A stretch of DNA of 64,000 nucleotides from a virus. Each line of letters opens with the position of its first letter. Positions within the stretch are counted from its first letter, which is position 1. The position numbers and the translations under genes were made by a program. Below are positions 28,531 to 37,579 of this stretch, piece after piece. The notes beneath the pieces were generated by a model. That model was not told where the DNA came from and made no database searches. It saw only the letters and a list, made by a program, of their open reading frames with translations. The DNA lies in IMG/VR virus record IMGVR_UViG_2718218420_000001. One strand, written 5' to 3'.

Positions 28531-29604
28531 ATGCACAGGGCTAGAGTGAAAGCTGTGAGCGGAAATAAAGTGCTTGCTGACGGATCGTGGCTTACCTGCA
28601 TAGGGAATCGTTCTGTTTATCCGGGTGAATGGATCTGGACGGATGGTCGCTGCGTCTACGGGCATGAAGCCGAGGGCGGCGGCAGTTATGTTCCGACGAA
28701 TGTCCTTTCCGGCATACCGCTCCTCCAGATAAAGTGGAAGGATCAAAAAAACCAGATGCTCCATTCATACTATGCAAAAGGAAAGATTCATCCGCTCGGT
28801 TTTTCCCAAGAGGATATATGGATGGTCAACAGCAGTCGCCACTTCGCGTATGTTACAGGCTATGGAATGCTTGATGCCGAAATGGATGAGCGGGGAAATC
28901 TCTATACCCTTGAAGCTGTCAATGCTCTCGTGTTCCCGCTCATCGGGGCAGATCAGCGTGACAGTATTCTCTCTGTCAAACGCAACGGAGAGATCATCGC
29001 CGCATACGATCTTGTGCAGATGTTTGGTGCTCCCGCCGTATCCGGTCCCACTGACCTCTATAGCTGTCAAACAGAAGGCGGGCGGGTGGATAAAGCTGGG
29101 AACTTCAAAGTGATGATATGGCACGCAACATCAGAGCATGGGGGAGGCGGAAGTCATGTCAGCACAGACCGTTATGTGTTCTTCGATGGCAGCAATCTTG
29201 AGCCTTGGATGGAGAAAACCAAAACAACGTCAAGAGACTCTGTTACAGGGGAATCTCATACTTCGGAAAGCAGATGGAGCGCACCGGATTACAGCATCCG
29301 CTATCCTCTCCATGACGGCATGTATATGCGCTTTCCTGCAAATCTTGACTATCTTATCTCTGGGAAAAAGTACATTTCAAAGATTTACAGTGCAAAGGAC
29401 GAGCTGCTCATGGAACTGGAAACGAATCCGACTGCCCGTACAAGTCTCTGCCCTCTGGGACAGGGGAAATATCTTGTCAGCACGGGATCGCCATTATATT
29501 TATGGAAAGACGGTCAGTTTACAGAACTAATGCGTGGATGCTATAACTACCGTCTGCGCAGGATGAGCAATCTCAATAAATGGAAGAAAGCAGGAGGTGT
29601 CTGA
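28531..29604 (+). CDS. Hypothetical tail-region protein
   Basis: Long ORF with phage-like codon usage before the holin. Confidence 0.55.
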   Translation: MHRARVKAVSGNKVLADGSWLTCIGNRSVYPGEWIWTDGRCVYGHEAEGGGSYVPTNVLSGIPLLQIKWKDQKNQMLHSYYAKGKIHPLGFSQEDIWMVNSSRHFAYVTGYGMLDAEMDERGNLYTLEAVNALVFPLIGADQRDSILSVKRNGEIIAAYDLVQMFGAPAVSGPTDLYSCQTEGGRVDKAGNFKVMIWHATSEHGGGGSHVSTDRYVFFDGSNLEPWMEKTKTTSRDSVTGESHTSESRWSAPDYSIRYPLHDGMYMRFPANLDYLISGKKYISKIYSAKDELLMELETNPTARTSLCPLGQGKYLVSTGSPLYLWKDGQFTELMRGCYNYRLRRMSNLNKWKKAGGV

Positions 29605-29605
29605 T

Positions 29606-29998
29606 ATGGATCAGATTTTGACAATACGTCTCTATGCGGCGGGCATCGGCATCGTAGTCGGGGAGTTCCTCGGCAGCTTTGACGATCTGCTCTATGCCCT
29701 CGTCGTATTTGTTGCGACGGACTACATCACGGGAGTTCTCCGTGCGATTGTGGAAAAGAAACTGTCCAGTACCATCGGCTTCAAGGGGATCTGCAAGAAG
29801 GTCTGCATCTTTACTCTTGTGGGTGTGGCGAATGTGTTAGATGTTCACATCATTGGAAGCGGATGCGTCCTGCGCTCTGCGGTGATCTTCTTCTACATCT
29901 CGAACGAAGGAATCTCGATCATCGAGAACGCAGCACGGATGGGGCTTCCCGTCCCACAGAAATTGCAGGACATGATGCATAGTCTTAAAAATCAGTAA
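29606..29998 (+). CDS. Phage holin family 4
   Basis: DYITGV...LSSTIGFKGICKK...FYISNEGISIIENAARMGLPVP. Confidence 0.9.
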   Translation: MDQILTIRLYAAGIGIVVGEFLGSFDDLLYALVVFVATDYITGVLRAIVEKKLSSTIGFKGICKKVCIFTLVGVANVLDVHIIGSGCVLRSAVIFFYISNEGISIIENAARMGLPVPQKLQDMMHSLKNQ

Positions 29999-30014
29999 GA
30001 TACATAACAACCTC

Positions 30015-30048
30015 AACGCCCGGCGAATGATCGTCGGGTTATTTTTTT
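30015..30048 (+). terminator. Late-operon terminator
   Basis: CCCGGCGA-atga-TCGTCGGG then TTATTTTTTT. Confidence 0.65.
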
Positions 30049-30108
30049 ACTTTTTGGGTGACCACAAGAGCCGGTTTTGTCCGCTGCTTCATGAAGGGAG
30101 ATGTTGAG

Positions 30109-30294
30109 ATGAGCAAGGAAGAAGGGCTTCGGGAAATGACGTATCAGATGGTGATGCGTGCTTCATGGAAAATGCTGCAGAGCGGGCTTTTGTCAGAGGA
30201 CGAGTATCTTGCGTTTGAAGCGAAAATGCGCGAGAAATATCGTCCCGTCATCGGGCTTCTATTTTCAGATATTGACTTGCTATCGTGCGGATAG
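30109..30294 (+). CDS. SHOCT-like small protein (possible recombination accessory factor)
   Basis: YQMVM...MLQSGLLSEDEY...MREKYRPVIG; the usual gene ahead of paired serine recombinases. Confidence 0.7.
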   Translation: MSKEEGLREMTYQMVMRASWKMLQSGLLSEDEYLAFEAKMREKYRPVIGLLFSDIDLLSCG

Positions 30295-30328
30295 TACGGG
30301 AATATGGGAGTGGAAAGGAGGGACTAGC

Positions 30329-31819
30329 ATGAAGATACGACGGGTTCAACCAAGCACTGTATTGCAGAAAAAGCTGCGTGTGGCTGCTTATGCGCGCGTT
30401 TCTGTGGATACGCTTCACCACTCCCTTGCGGCGCAGGTCAGTTACTACAGTGCTCTCATCCAAAACAATCCTGCGTGGGAATATGCCGGCGTGTACGCAG
30501 ACGAAGGAATCACAGGGACAAGCACTACACACCGAGATGAGTTCAAGCGACTGATCGCCGACTGCAACGCCGGGAAGATTGATTTGGTGCTCGTCAAAAG
30601 CATCAGCCGTTTTGCCAGAGATACCGTGGATTGCCTTCATACCGTTCGACGACTGAAAGAGAAGGGGATTGCCGTCCGCTTTGAGCGCGAGAACATTGAT
30701 TCCACATCCGAGGACGGAGAACTCCTCTTGACGCTGCTCGCATCTTTTGCGCAGGAAGAGAGCAGAAGCATTGGTGACAACATTCGGTGGGGCGTGCGGC
30801 GACGGTTCGCAGAGGGGATTCCGAACGGACATAAAGCACCGTACGGCTACACATGGGACGGAGAGATGTTTCGCATTGTTCCTGCCGAGGGCAAGGTCGT
30901 CAAGGAGATTTACCGAAGATACCTTGCCGGGGAATCTGCCTATGCCATCGCAAATAGTCTCGCAGAGCATGGAATTATGGGACGGCAGGGGAGACCCATC
31001 GAGCAGACCACGGTAAAGGACATCCTCTCAAATTGCTCCTACACGGGCACGATGGCGTTGCAGAAGAACTACATCACAGAAGGTCATATCCGCAAGCGGA
31101 ATAAAGGGGAACTTCCCATGTATCTGGTGGAGGGGACGTTCGAGCCTCTGGTGTCAAAGACAGACTTCGATAAGGCGCAGGAGATACGGAAACGGAGAGC
31201 CGAACGGGCTGTGAATCGGAATCCTGTTCTTCCGTTCTCCGGAATGGTGAAATGCGGATGTTGCGGAGGCGGCTTCAGCAGAAGAACCGCCGGGAAGTAC
31301 AGACGGTGGGGCTGCAATACGAGAGAGCGGAAGGGTAGGGAATCCTGTGGTAGCCGTCCAATCAAGGAAGAGGAACTTGTGGCTGCGGTCAGAACCGTCA
31401 TGCAGAAGGATGAGTTTGATGCCGCAGAACTCAGACGCAAAGTCTCTAAGATCGTCATTCACAATGACTGTGTGGAATTTCACCTAACCAATGGTCGCAT
31501 AAAAAAGACTGCCCGAATCTACAACGGGCAGCGCGGCAGCAATCCCTTCACGAACAAAGTGTATTGCGCTTCCTGCGACAGCAAGTGTGAGCGCGATACA
31601 TGGACAAAGAGAACTAAGGTGTGGTCTTGCAGTCAGCCGCGAACAAAGTGTCGACTGAAGCGGCTGCCCGAATCCGAACTCAAAGAAGCGGCAGAATCCT
31701 TGTTCGGCGATGGCTACGAGGGAAAGATTGTGCAGAACGTCGAGTGGATTGCCATATCCGATGATGAAGTCATATTTCACCTCAAAGAAGGAGGCGCATA
31801 CCGATGGCAAAGACAGTGA
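30329..31819 (+). CDS. Large serine recombinase 1
   Basis: YARVS, KSISRFAR, AQEESRSI, PYGY, two Cys Zn-ribbon clusters. Confidence 0.9.
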   Translation: MKIRRVQPSTVLQKKLRVAAYARVSVDTLHHSLAAQVSYYSALIQNNPAWEYAGVYADEGITGTSTTHRDEFKRLIADCNAGKIDLVLVKSISRFARDTVDCLHTVRRLKEKGIAVRFERENIDSTSEDGELLLTLLASFAQEESRSIGDNIRWGVRRRFAEGIPNGHKAPYGYTWDGEMFRIVPAEGKVVKEIYRRYLAGESAYAIANSLAEHGIMGRQGRPIEQTTVKDILSNCSYTGTMALQKNYITEGHIRKRNKGELPMYLVEGTFEPLVSKTDFDKAQEIRKRRAERAVNRNPVLPFSGMVKCGCCGGGFSRRTAGKYRRWGCNTRERKGRESCGSRPIKEEELVAAVRTVMQKDEFDAAELRRKVSKIVIHNDCVEFHLTNGRIKKTARIYNGQRGSNPFTNKVYCASCDSKCERDTWTKRTKVWSCSQPRTKCRLKRLPESELKEAAESLFGDGYEGKIVQNVEWIAISDDEVIFHLKEGGAYRWQRQ

Positions 31820-33411
31820 GGGTCATCCCAGCAAGCCCTAAAATCTTTCGTTCTGAGGTTACGGCAGAACCAAGGCGGCGCAGAACGGCAGGATATGCCA
31901 GAGTTTCCACTGACCATGAAGAACAGGCTTCCAGTTATGAGATGCAGATGGCGCATTATAAGAACTACATCGAGAGCCGTGCAGACTGGGATTTCGTCGG
32001 CATGTATTCGGATGAAGGGATCAGTGGAACCAACACAAAGAAGCGGGATGGGTTCAACCAGATGATCGAGGATGCCCTTGCCGGTGAGATTGACCTCATC
32101 ATCACAAAGTCTGTCAGCCGCTTTGCAAGAAACACTGTGGATTCACTTCAGAACGTCCGAAAGCTCAAGGAACATGGCGTAGAAATTTACTTCGAAAAGG
32201 AGAACATATGGACGTTCGATTCGCGCGGAGAACTCCTTATCACGATTATGTCCAGCCTGGCTCAGGAGGAGAGCCGCAGCATCTCGGAAAACACCACATG
32301 GGGCAAGCGGAAGCAGTTCGCCGAGGGCAAGACCAGTGTGGGCTACAGCGCGTTCCTCGGCTATGACAAGGACTTCGAAATCAACGAGGAGCAGGCGAAA
32401 ATCGTAAGGCTCATCTACAAACTCTTCCTTGGCGGGCGATCCTTTTATGCCATTACCAAGGAGTTGGAGAAGCGGGGAATCAAATCCCCGTCGGGAAAGG
32501 ACAAGTGGTACATCTCCACAGTGCGCTCCATTCTTACCAACGAGAAGTATCGTGGCGATGCACTGATCCAGAAAGAGTATACGGCGGATTTCCTCGATAA
32601 GACGCGACGGAAGAATACGGGCGAGATTCCGCAGTATTATGTGGAGGAGCATCATGAGGCGATTATCCCGCCGGACTTGTTCGACTTTGTGCAAGCGGAG
32701 ATAAAGCGTAGAGAGCAGAACGGCAAGCACAGCGGTGTGAGCATCTTTGCGAACAAAATCAAATGCGGCTGCTGTGGCGGTTGGTACGGGGCGAAGGTAT
32801 GGCATTCGACGGATAAGTACCGCAGAGTCATCTACCGCTGCAACAAGAAATATACCCACAAGGGAAAGCCATGCAATACAAGACATCTGACAGAGGATGA
32901 GATCAAACAGATTTTCGTCAAAGCACTGAACTCCTTGGTGGACGTGAAAGAGAACGTAATTGCGGAACTCCGATCCCTGATTGACGACGTTTGCCAAACG
33001 GTAGAGCTGACGGAGGAACGTAACAGAGCAGAGCAGGAACTCGGTGTTTTGGCAGAACGGCTTGAAACACTGATTCGTGAGAATGCACGGGTGGCACAGG
33101 ATCAGAATGCGTATCTGAAACAGGAAAATGAGATTCGCGCACTCTATGTGGAAAAGCAGGGGCATCTAGCGAGGTTGGACGAGCAAATTGCCGAGAGGGA
33201 GGGCAAGAGAAAGACCTTGGAGACCATGATTCAAGTGGTATGTGGTATCGACGGGGAGCAGCTTGCGTTTGACGAGGAGCTATGGAGTGGACTGCTCGAT
33301 CACATTGTAGTTAAGGAGGACGGCGCGGTAGTTGTTGTTTTCAAGGGCGGGATTGAGAGCGGCGTTGATGGATGTAGAGGTTTGTTCTATTTAAGGAAAC
33401 AAAGCGGATGA
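31804..33411 (+). CDS. Large serine recombinase 2
   Basis: YARVST, KSVSRFARN, LTNEKYRG, HEAII, CGCCG...YRC, coiled coil. Confidence 0.95.
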   Translation: MAKTVRVIPASPKIFRSEVTAEPRRRRTAGYARVSTDHEEQASSYEMQMAHYKNYIESRADWDFVGMYSDEGISGTNTKKRDGFNQMIEDALAGEIDLIITKSVSRFARNTVDSLQNVRKLKEHGVEIYFEKENIWTFDSRGELLITIMSSLAQEESRSISENTTWGKRKQFAEGKTSVGYSAFLGYDKDFEINEEQAKIVRLIYKLFLGGRSFYAITKELEKRGIKSPSGKDKWYISTVRSILTNEKYRGDALIQKEYTADFLDKTRRKNTGEIPQYYVEEHHEAIIPPDLFDFVQAEIKRREQNGKHSGVSIFANKIKCGCCGGWYGAKVWHSTDKYRRVIYRCNKKYTHKGKPCNTRHLTEDEIKQIFVKALNSLVDVKENVIAELRSLIDDVCQTVELTEERNRAEQELGVLAERLETLIRENARVAQDQNAYLKQENEIRALYVEKQGHLARLDEQIAEREGKRKTLETMIQVVCGIDGEQLAFDEELWSGLLDHIVVKEDGAVVVVFKGGIESGVDGCRGLFYLRKQSG

Positions 33412-33526
33412 AGATTGGTACTCTAAGGGGGACATTGGCAGGGAAAAGATGCGCTGAGAGAAGTTGGACTACAGTTATCAGCGTTTCTTACAATACAGTC
33501 AACAAATTAATTAGGAAGTGTTATCC

Positions 33527-34135
33527 TTAAAGCTTTTCGAGTTGTTTTAAATGATCTTGCACTAATGTGCGTGAATACATTTTAGGTTGATCGGAATCAC
33601 GAACAATTCGCCATAGGATAGCAGCTGCCTTTAATTTTGATTTGAACTTGTCATTTATGGGATCAGCGCAGAAATCTTTTAAGAAGCGGTTCCATTCGCA
33701 TACAGAAGAATCATACTTTGCATACGTCGATATCCCCTTATATACATTCAACATGTCCTGTATAGTAAACGATGTGTCGTGATCCGCTTTCACCTTTCGC
33801 CATGCGGTCGCCATATCTGCTGTAAATTTAAAGGGAGAAACCCTCGTCAGATTTGAGAAATATGTTCTAAACTTTGTGTTGAACGAAAAGTTGCAAGCAA
33901 GTAATGGTGTGTCCAAGGAAATCGCTCCAGATGATATCATCTGCTCTTTTTGGGGAGTGGCTTTGACTATGTTCCCTTTAAAGTATTCTGCAATGTTGTG
34001 ATTGAGATCTTTTTTTACCCCCCTGTGTGCAATTCCAAGCTTTTTGCAAATCTCTACGAGTTCTGTTCGATACCAATAATATTTTATAAACTCCTCATAT
34101 GAGCGAATCTCATCAAATGCAGGACGCTGTGTCAT
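33527..34135 (-). CDS. SAP-like / DUF6434 domain protein
   Basis: YYWYRTELVEICKKLGI, FKFTADM, CEWNRFLKDF; low GC. Confidence 0.65.
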   Translation of the reverse strand: MTQRPAFDEIRSYEEFIKYYWYRTELVEICKKLGIAHRGVKKDLNHNIAEYFKGNIVKATPQKEQMISSGAISLDTPLLACNFSFNTKFRTYFSNLTRVSPFKFTADMATAWRKVKADHDTSFTIQDMLNVYKGISTYAKYDSSVCEWNRFLKDFCADPINDKFKSKLKAAAILWRIVRDSDQPKMYSRTLVQDHLKQLEKL

Positions 34136-34197
34136 AATGACATCTCCTCGTAAATAGCAGGTCAGACGAATAGATGTCTATCATTATATCACATTTA

Positions 34198-34605
34198 TGG
34201 TATGACACAACGCATGATTTCGAGATGGAGCAGGCGCGTGTCTTTCGGTGTGGCCGCATCACTGTGGTGGAGGAGTGTACGGATGTGACGGGGATGCCAC
34301 TTTTATCCTTTGCTCATCCCGCAGAGGATCTCTATTGCCGTGTCGATGCACTCTCCTTTGTCGTCGAGATTACGGCACAGGGACGGGATTTCTTTTATAA
34401 AGAACACTATCCATCCATGCGACTTGTGGAGGAGAATGGGCGGTACTATATCCATGGATTTTACAATGTGGGCGAGGAGGAGTTCATCGCGGATTACTTT
34501 ATCCACTATGGGGATGCAGTGCAAACAGTCGAGCCTTTGGCACTCAGAGATGTGATCCGCACAAGACTGCATACGTTGACGGTGCATTATAAGGAGATAA
34601 CGTAA
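34198..34605 (+). pseudogene. 3' fragment of a YafY-like WYL/WCX transcriptional regulator
   Basis: WY...RVFRCGRI (end of WYL) followed by WCX-like YGDAVQTVEPLALRD; HTH and most of WYL are missing. Confidence 0.65.
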
Positions 34606-34735
34606 TTCTTCATTATGTGTAGAGCCTCCCGCATGGGGGCTGCTACAGGCAGATTTTTTCACAAAGAATCATTAGCCATCTTCCCCTATCCTGTGTTATA
34701 ATTTTCTTATATTTGAAACGTAGGAGGGAAGGCCC

Positions 34736-35414
34736 TTGTTTGCAAAGACCTATGGTGCGACGACCCTCGGGATAGATGGACAGATTATCGACGTTGAGGT
34801 GGATGTGTCGCCGGGGCTGCCGGGCTTTGAACTGGTGGGGCTTCCCGATACGTCGGTGAAGGAGTCGAAGGAGCGGGTACGCACGGCGATTCGGAACTCC
34901 GGCATTCAGCTGCGGCAGGAGAGGGTGACGGTGAATCTTGCGCCCGCCGATGTGCGAAAGGACAGCTCCGGGCTTGATCTGCCGATTGCCGTCGGACTCC
35001 TTGCATCCTACGGTATGGTTCCCGAGGCGGCAGTGCAGAGCGCACTGTTCTCGGCAGAACTCTCTCTCGATGGGAACTGCCGTCCGATCAGCGGCATCCT
35101 TCCGATGGCGATTACGGCACGGGAGAACGGTCTGACGGAGTTCTACGTTGCACCGTCCAATGCAGACGAGGCACTCCTGATTGACGGACTGAAGGTCTAT
35201 GCGGTTGAGAATTTGGCACAACTTGTGCGTCATTTGACGGGTACGGAGAAGTTGACTCCTTCTGCGCCAAAACCAATCAAAGACACAAAAGACAATGCCT
35301 TTACCGATGACTTTGCGGATGTGCAGGGATAGTATCAGGCGAAGCGTGCGCTTGAGATTGCAGCGGCAGGAGGGCATAACGTCCTTATGGTGGGTGTACC
35401 CGGCTCGGGCAAGA
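34736..35414 (+). pseudogene. comM: comM/yifB 5' duplicate with a nonsense codon (TAG at 35330-35332), truncated by IS3 at Walker A
   Basis: Near-identical to the N-terminus of 37580; CAG>TAG; homology continues to GSGK and ends at the IS. Confidence 0.9.
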
Positions 35415-35491
35415 TGATGTTGTATAAATAAAGTTGACAACTTCTCTGCAAGGATTTTAGATAAAGTCAAAGAGGAGAAGGAGAGATCAAA

Positions 35492-35830
35492 ATGGCAACA
35501 AACAGACAATACGATCACGAATTTAAGGTGCAGGCAATCAAGCTGGCGCAGGAAATCGGTCAGGCGAAAGCCGCCAAAGAGCTGGGAATTTCCAAGAACA
35601 CAATGTATACATGGATGCGTGCTCATCGGCTTGGATATTTGGATCTTGGGTGTGGCACGCAAACACCGCAGAGTGCCCTAAGTCTGCACGAGGAACTCGT
35701 ACAGCTTCGTGCACAACTCAAAGCACAGGAGAAGGAAATTCGACGGCTAAAGAAAGAGAATGACTTTCTGGAGGAAGCAAGCGCTTTTTTCGCCGCGAGC
35801 CGTCTGAAGTCAACAAAAACGAACGCATGA
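35492..35830 (+). CDS. IS3 transposase OrfA (HTH)
   Basis: YDHEFKVQAIKL...AKELGIS..TMYTW...ENDFLEEASAFFA. Confidence 0.9.
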   Translation: MATNRQYDHEFKVQAIKLAQEIGQAKAAKELGISKNTMYTWMRAHRLGYLDLGCGTQTPQSALSLHEELVQLRAQLKAQEKEIRRLKKENDFLEEASAFFAASRLKSTKTNA

Positions 35831-36735
35831 AGTTGATTGCGTTCAAGACCTCAGATGGCGCCCTCAAAGGAAATATCAGCTTCTGCTGCAAGATGCTCCA
35901 TGTCACGAGACAGGGATTTTATCAGTATTTGACGAGCAAAGACCGCCCATGGAAATATCAGGAACTTGCCGACGCCATGATGCAGATTCATGCAGAGGAC
36001 GAATGCAACGACACCTACGGAAGAATCCGCATGTATCAGGCACTCAAGATCAAACAGCCGGAAGGCGTCCGTATTCCGAGTGAACGAACTGTTTACCGTG
36101 TTATGGAAGAGATTGGCTTAAGTCATCGCCCCAATCATAGACCGAACGGTATCACCAAAACAGATCATAAGGCACAGATGTCAGAGGATCTCATGGGGCG
36201 CGATTTTACTGCCGACACACCTCTTTCCAAGTGTGTCACTGACATGACAAAGATTCCGGCGTATGACGGAAAACTCTACATTTCAGCACTCTTTGACTGT
36301 TATGATGCCAGCGTGCTCGGACTGTCTATGGACACGAACATGAAGGCTTCTCTATGCGTAAGGATGCTGGATAACGCTATGCTCTCCTACCCAAAGCTCA
36401 GGGGAGCAATCCTGCACTCGGATCGCGGCAGCCAGTATACGAGTCAGCTGTATCGGGAGGCAATTCATACCTATGGGATTCGTCAAAGCATGAACAGTGC
36501 CGGTGGACGCTGTCATGATAATGCGCGCTGTGAGAGTATGTGGGCGCGCATGAAGTCCGAGCTGCTCTATGGACGCTATGACACAAAGAAGATGACAATC
36601 GAAGAGTTGAAGGTACTGGTTTGGCGATACTTCATGAGCTATTGGAACAACCGTCGGATTTGTTCAACAAACGGGGGGCTTCCTCCGATGGTGAAGCGGC
36701 GTCAGTTCTATGACTCTATTGCCGCAGCTACTTAA
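35827..36735 (+). CDS. IS3 transposase OrfB (DDE)
   Basis: YGRIRM, VTDMT, HSDRGSQY, CHDNARCES, YWNNRR. Confidence 0.9.
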   Translation: MKLIAFKTSDGALKGNISFCCKMLHVTRQGFYQYLTSKDRPWKYQELADAMMQIHAEDECNDTYGRIRMYQALKIKQPEGVRIPSERTVYRVMEEIGLSHRPNHRPNGITKTDHKAQMSEDLMGRDFTADTPLSKCVTDMTKIPAYDGKLYISALFDCYDASVLGLSMDTNMKASLCVRMLDNAMLSYPKLRGAILHSDRGSQYTSQLYREAIHTYGIRQSMNSAGGRCHDNARCESMWARMKSELLYGRYDTKKMTIEELKVLVWRYFMSYWNNRRICSTNGGLPPMVKRRQFYDSIAAAT

Positions 36736-36783
36736 GCGTTCATTCCCTTGTGAGAAATTTGTCAACTGTTCTTGACAATATCA

Positions 36784-36914
36784 TCCGTTGTGGTAGAATG
36801 GGGGTAATCCATAGTGCTCCTTTGCTGATGTTTTGTAGCAGAACCATTATAGCACGGGATGTCACTATGGATTTTGTTTTTGTTTAGCTGTTCAACTTCA
36901 TTTTACAACGAACC
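36784..36914 (-). mobile_element. Left-end stub of an IS30-like element cut by the IS3
   Basis: Reverse strand begins GGTTCGTTGTAAAATGAAGTTG, then TGCTATAAT, SD AAGGAG and ATG at 36812 (MDYPHSTTT), ending at the IS3 IRR. The family call is from memory of IS30 N-termini. Confidence 0.5.
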
Positions 36915-36970
36915 GAATTATAATAACATGGAATATTTCAACCAATGATTGTACGAGAGGAGAAAACGTG

Positions 36971-37342
36971 ATGAGCAAGGCGATTACAAACGATTTCGAG
37001 ACACGCCGTTATCGTCTCGCCGAAGTGGCGAAATCGGGCGATGTCGCGACGCGCACACCGATCTACGCGACGGAGTCGACGAGCGGGGTTGTTTGGGTGC
37101 TAAAGCCGGGGCAAACAATCAAGCCGCACGGACACGCCAAAGCGGACGATATCTGGATCTGCATTCAAGGTGAGGGCGTTTTCTATCCAGCAATCGGCGA
37201 GGAACGCCCTATCGAAAAGGGGGATGTCATCGTCTCTGCAAAGGGGATGTGCCACGGCATGAAGAACACGGGCACAGAGGACTTCATTTTCGTTGGCATC
37301 CTTGCCCCCGTTCCGGCAGACTACTTTCCTATCGAAAAATAG
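36971..37342 (+). CDS. Cupin domain protein
   Basis: PHGHAKADDIWICIQGEG...GDVI...HGMKNTG. Confidence 0.85.
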   Translation: MSKAITNDFETRRYRLAEVAKSGDVATRTPIYATESTSGVVWVLKPGQTIKPHGHAKADDIWICIQGEGVFYPAIGEERPIEKGDVIVSAKGMCHGMKNTGTEDFIFVGILAPVPADYFPIEK

Positions 37343-37455
37343 CTATTATTTTAATCGCTTAATTTTCTGTGGAAAATTCTCCAGTGGGAGTAGTAGAGCG
37401 TTCAAATAGCAAGGTTGAACTTTATTATCAGTATTTTACTAAGATTTCTCACCAC

Positions 37456-37501
37456 AGAGATTCCATTCGCTCTACCTGGACGTCTGGAATCTCTCTTTTT
37501 T
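37456..37501 (+). terminator. Probable terminator upstream of comM
   Basis: AGAGATTCCA...TGGAATCTCT then CTTTTTT. Confidence 0.5.
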
Positions 37502-37579
37502 GTTGCAAAGAATCATTAGCCATCTTCCCCTATCCTGTGTTATAATTTTCTTATATTTGAAACGTGGGAGGGAAGGCCG

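Larger units (their letters stand above)
1..34197 (+). mobile_element. Prophage 1 (HK97-type siphoprophage with SHOCT + two serine recombinases); left end outside the window, right end approximate
   Basis: Contiguous replication, packaging, head, tail, holin and recombinase genes. Right boundary placed at the start of the truncated WYL gene (inference; could lie anywhere from 33411 to 34200). Confidence 0.9.
35415..36783 (+). mobile_element. IS3-family insertion sequence (1369 bp), no target-site duplication
   Basis: IRL TGATGTTGTATAAATAAAGTTGACAACTTCTC; IRR (reverse complement) TGATATTGTCAAGAACAGTTGACAAATTTCTC; orfA/orfB. Confidence 0.9.

Noticed and set aside
24932..29604. Diversity-generating retroelement or invertible tail-fibre cassette
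   Set aside because: No reverse transcriptase, no TR/VR pair and no inverted duplicate tail segments are seen; the recombinases are integrase-type.
33411..35414. Prophage 1 also integrated in comM
   Set aside because: Its right flank would carry the comM 3' half (PCPCG...), but only a 5' half with promoter is present.
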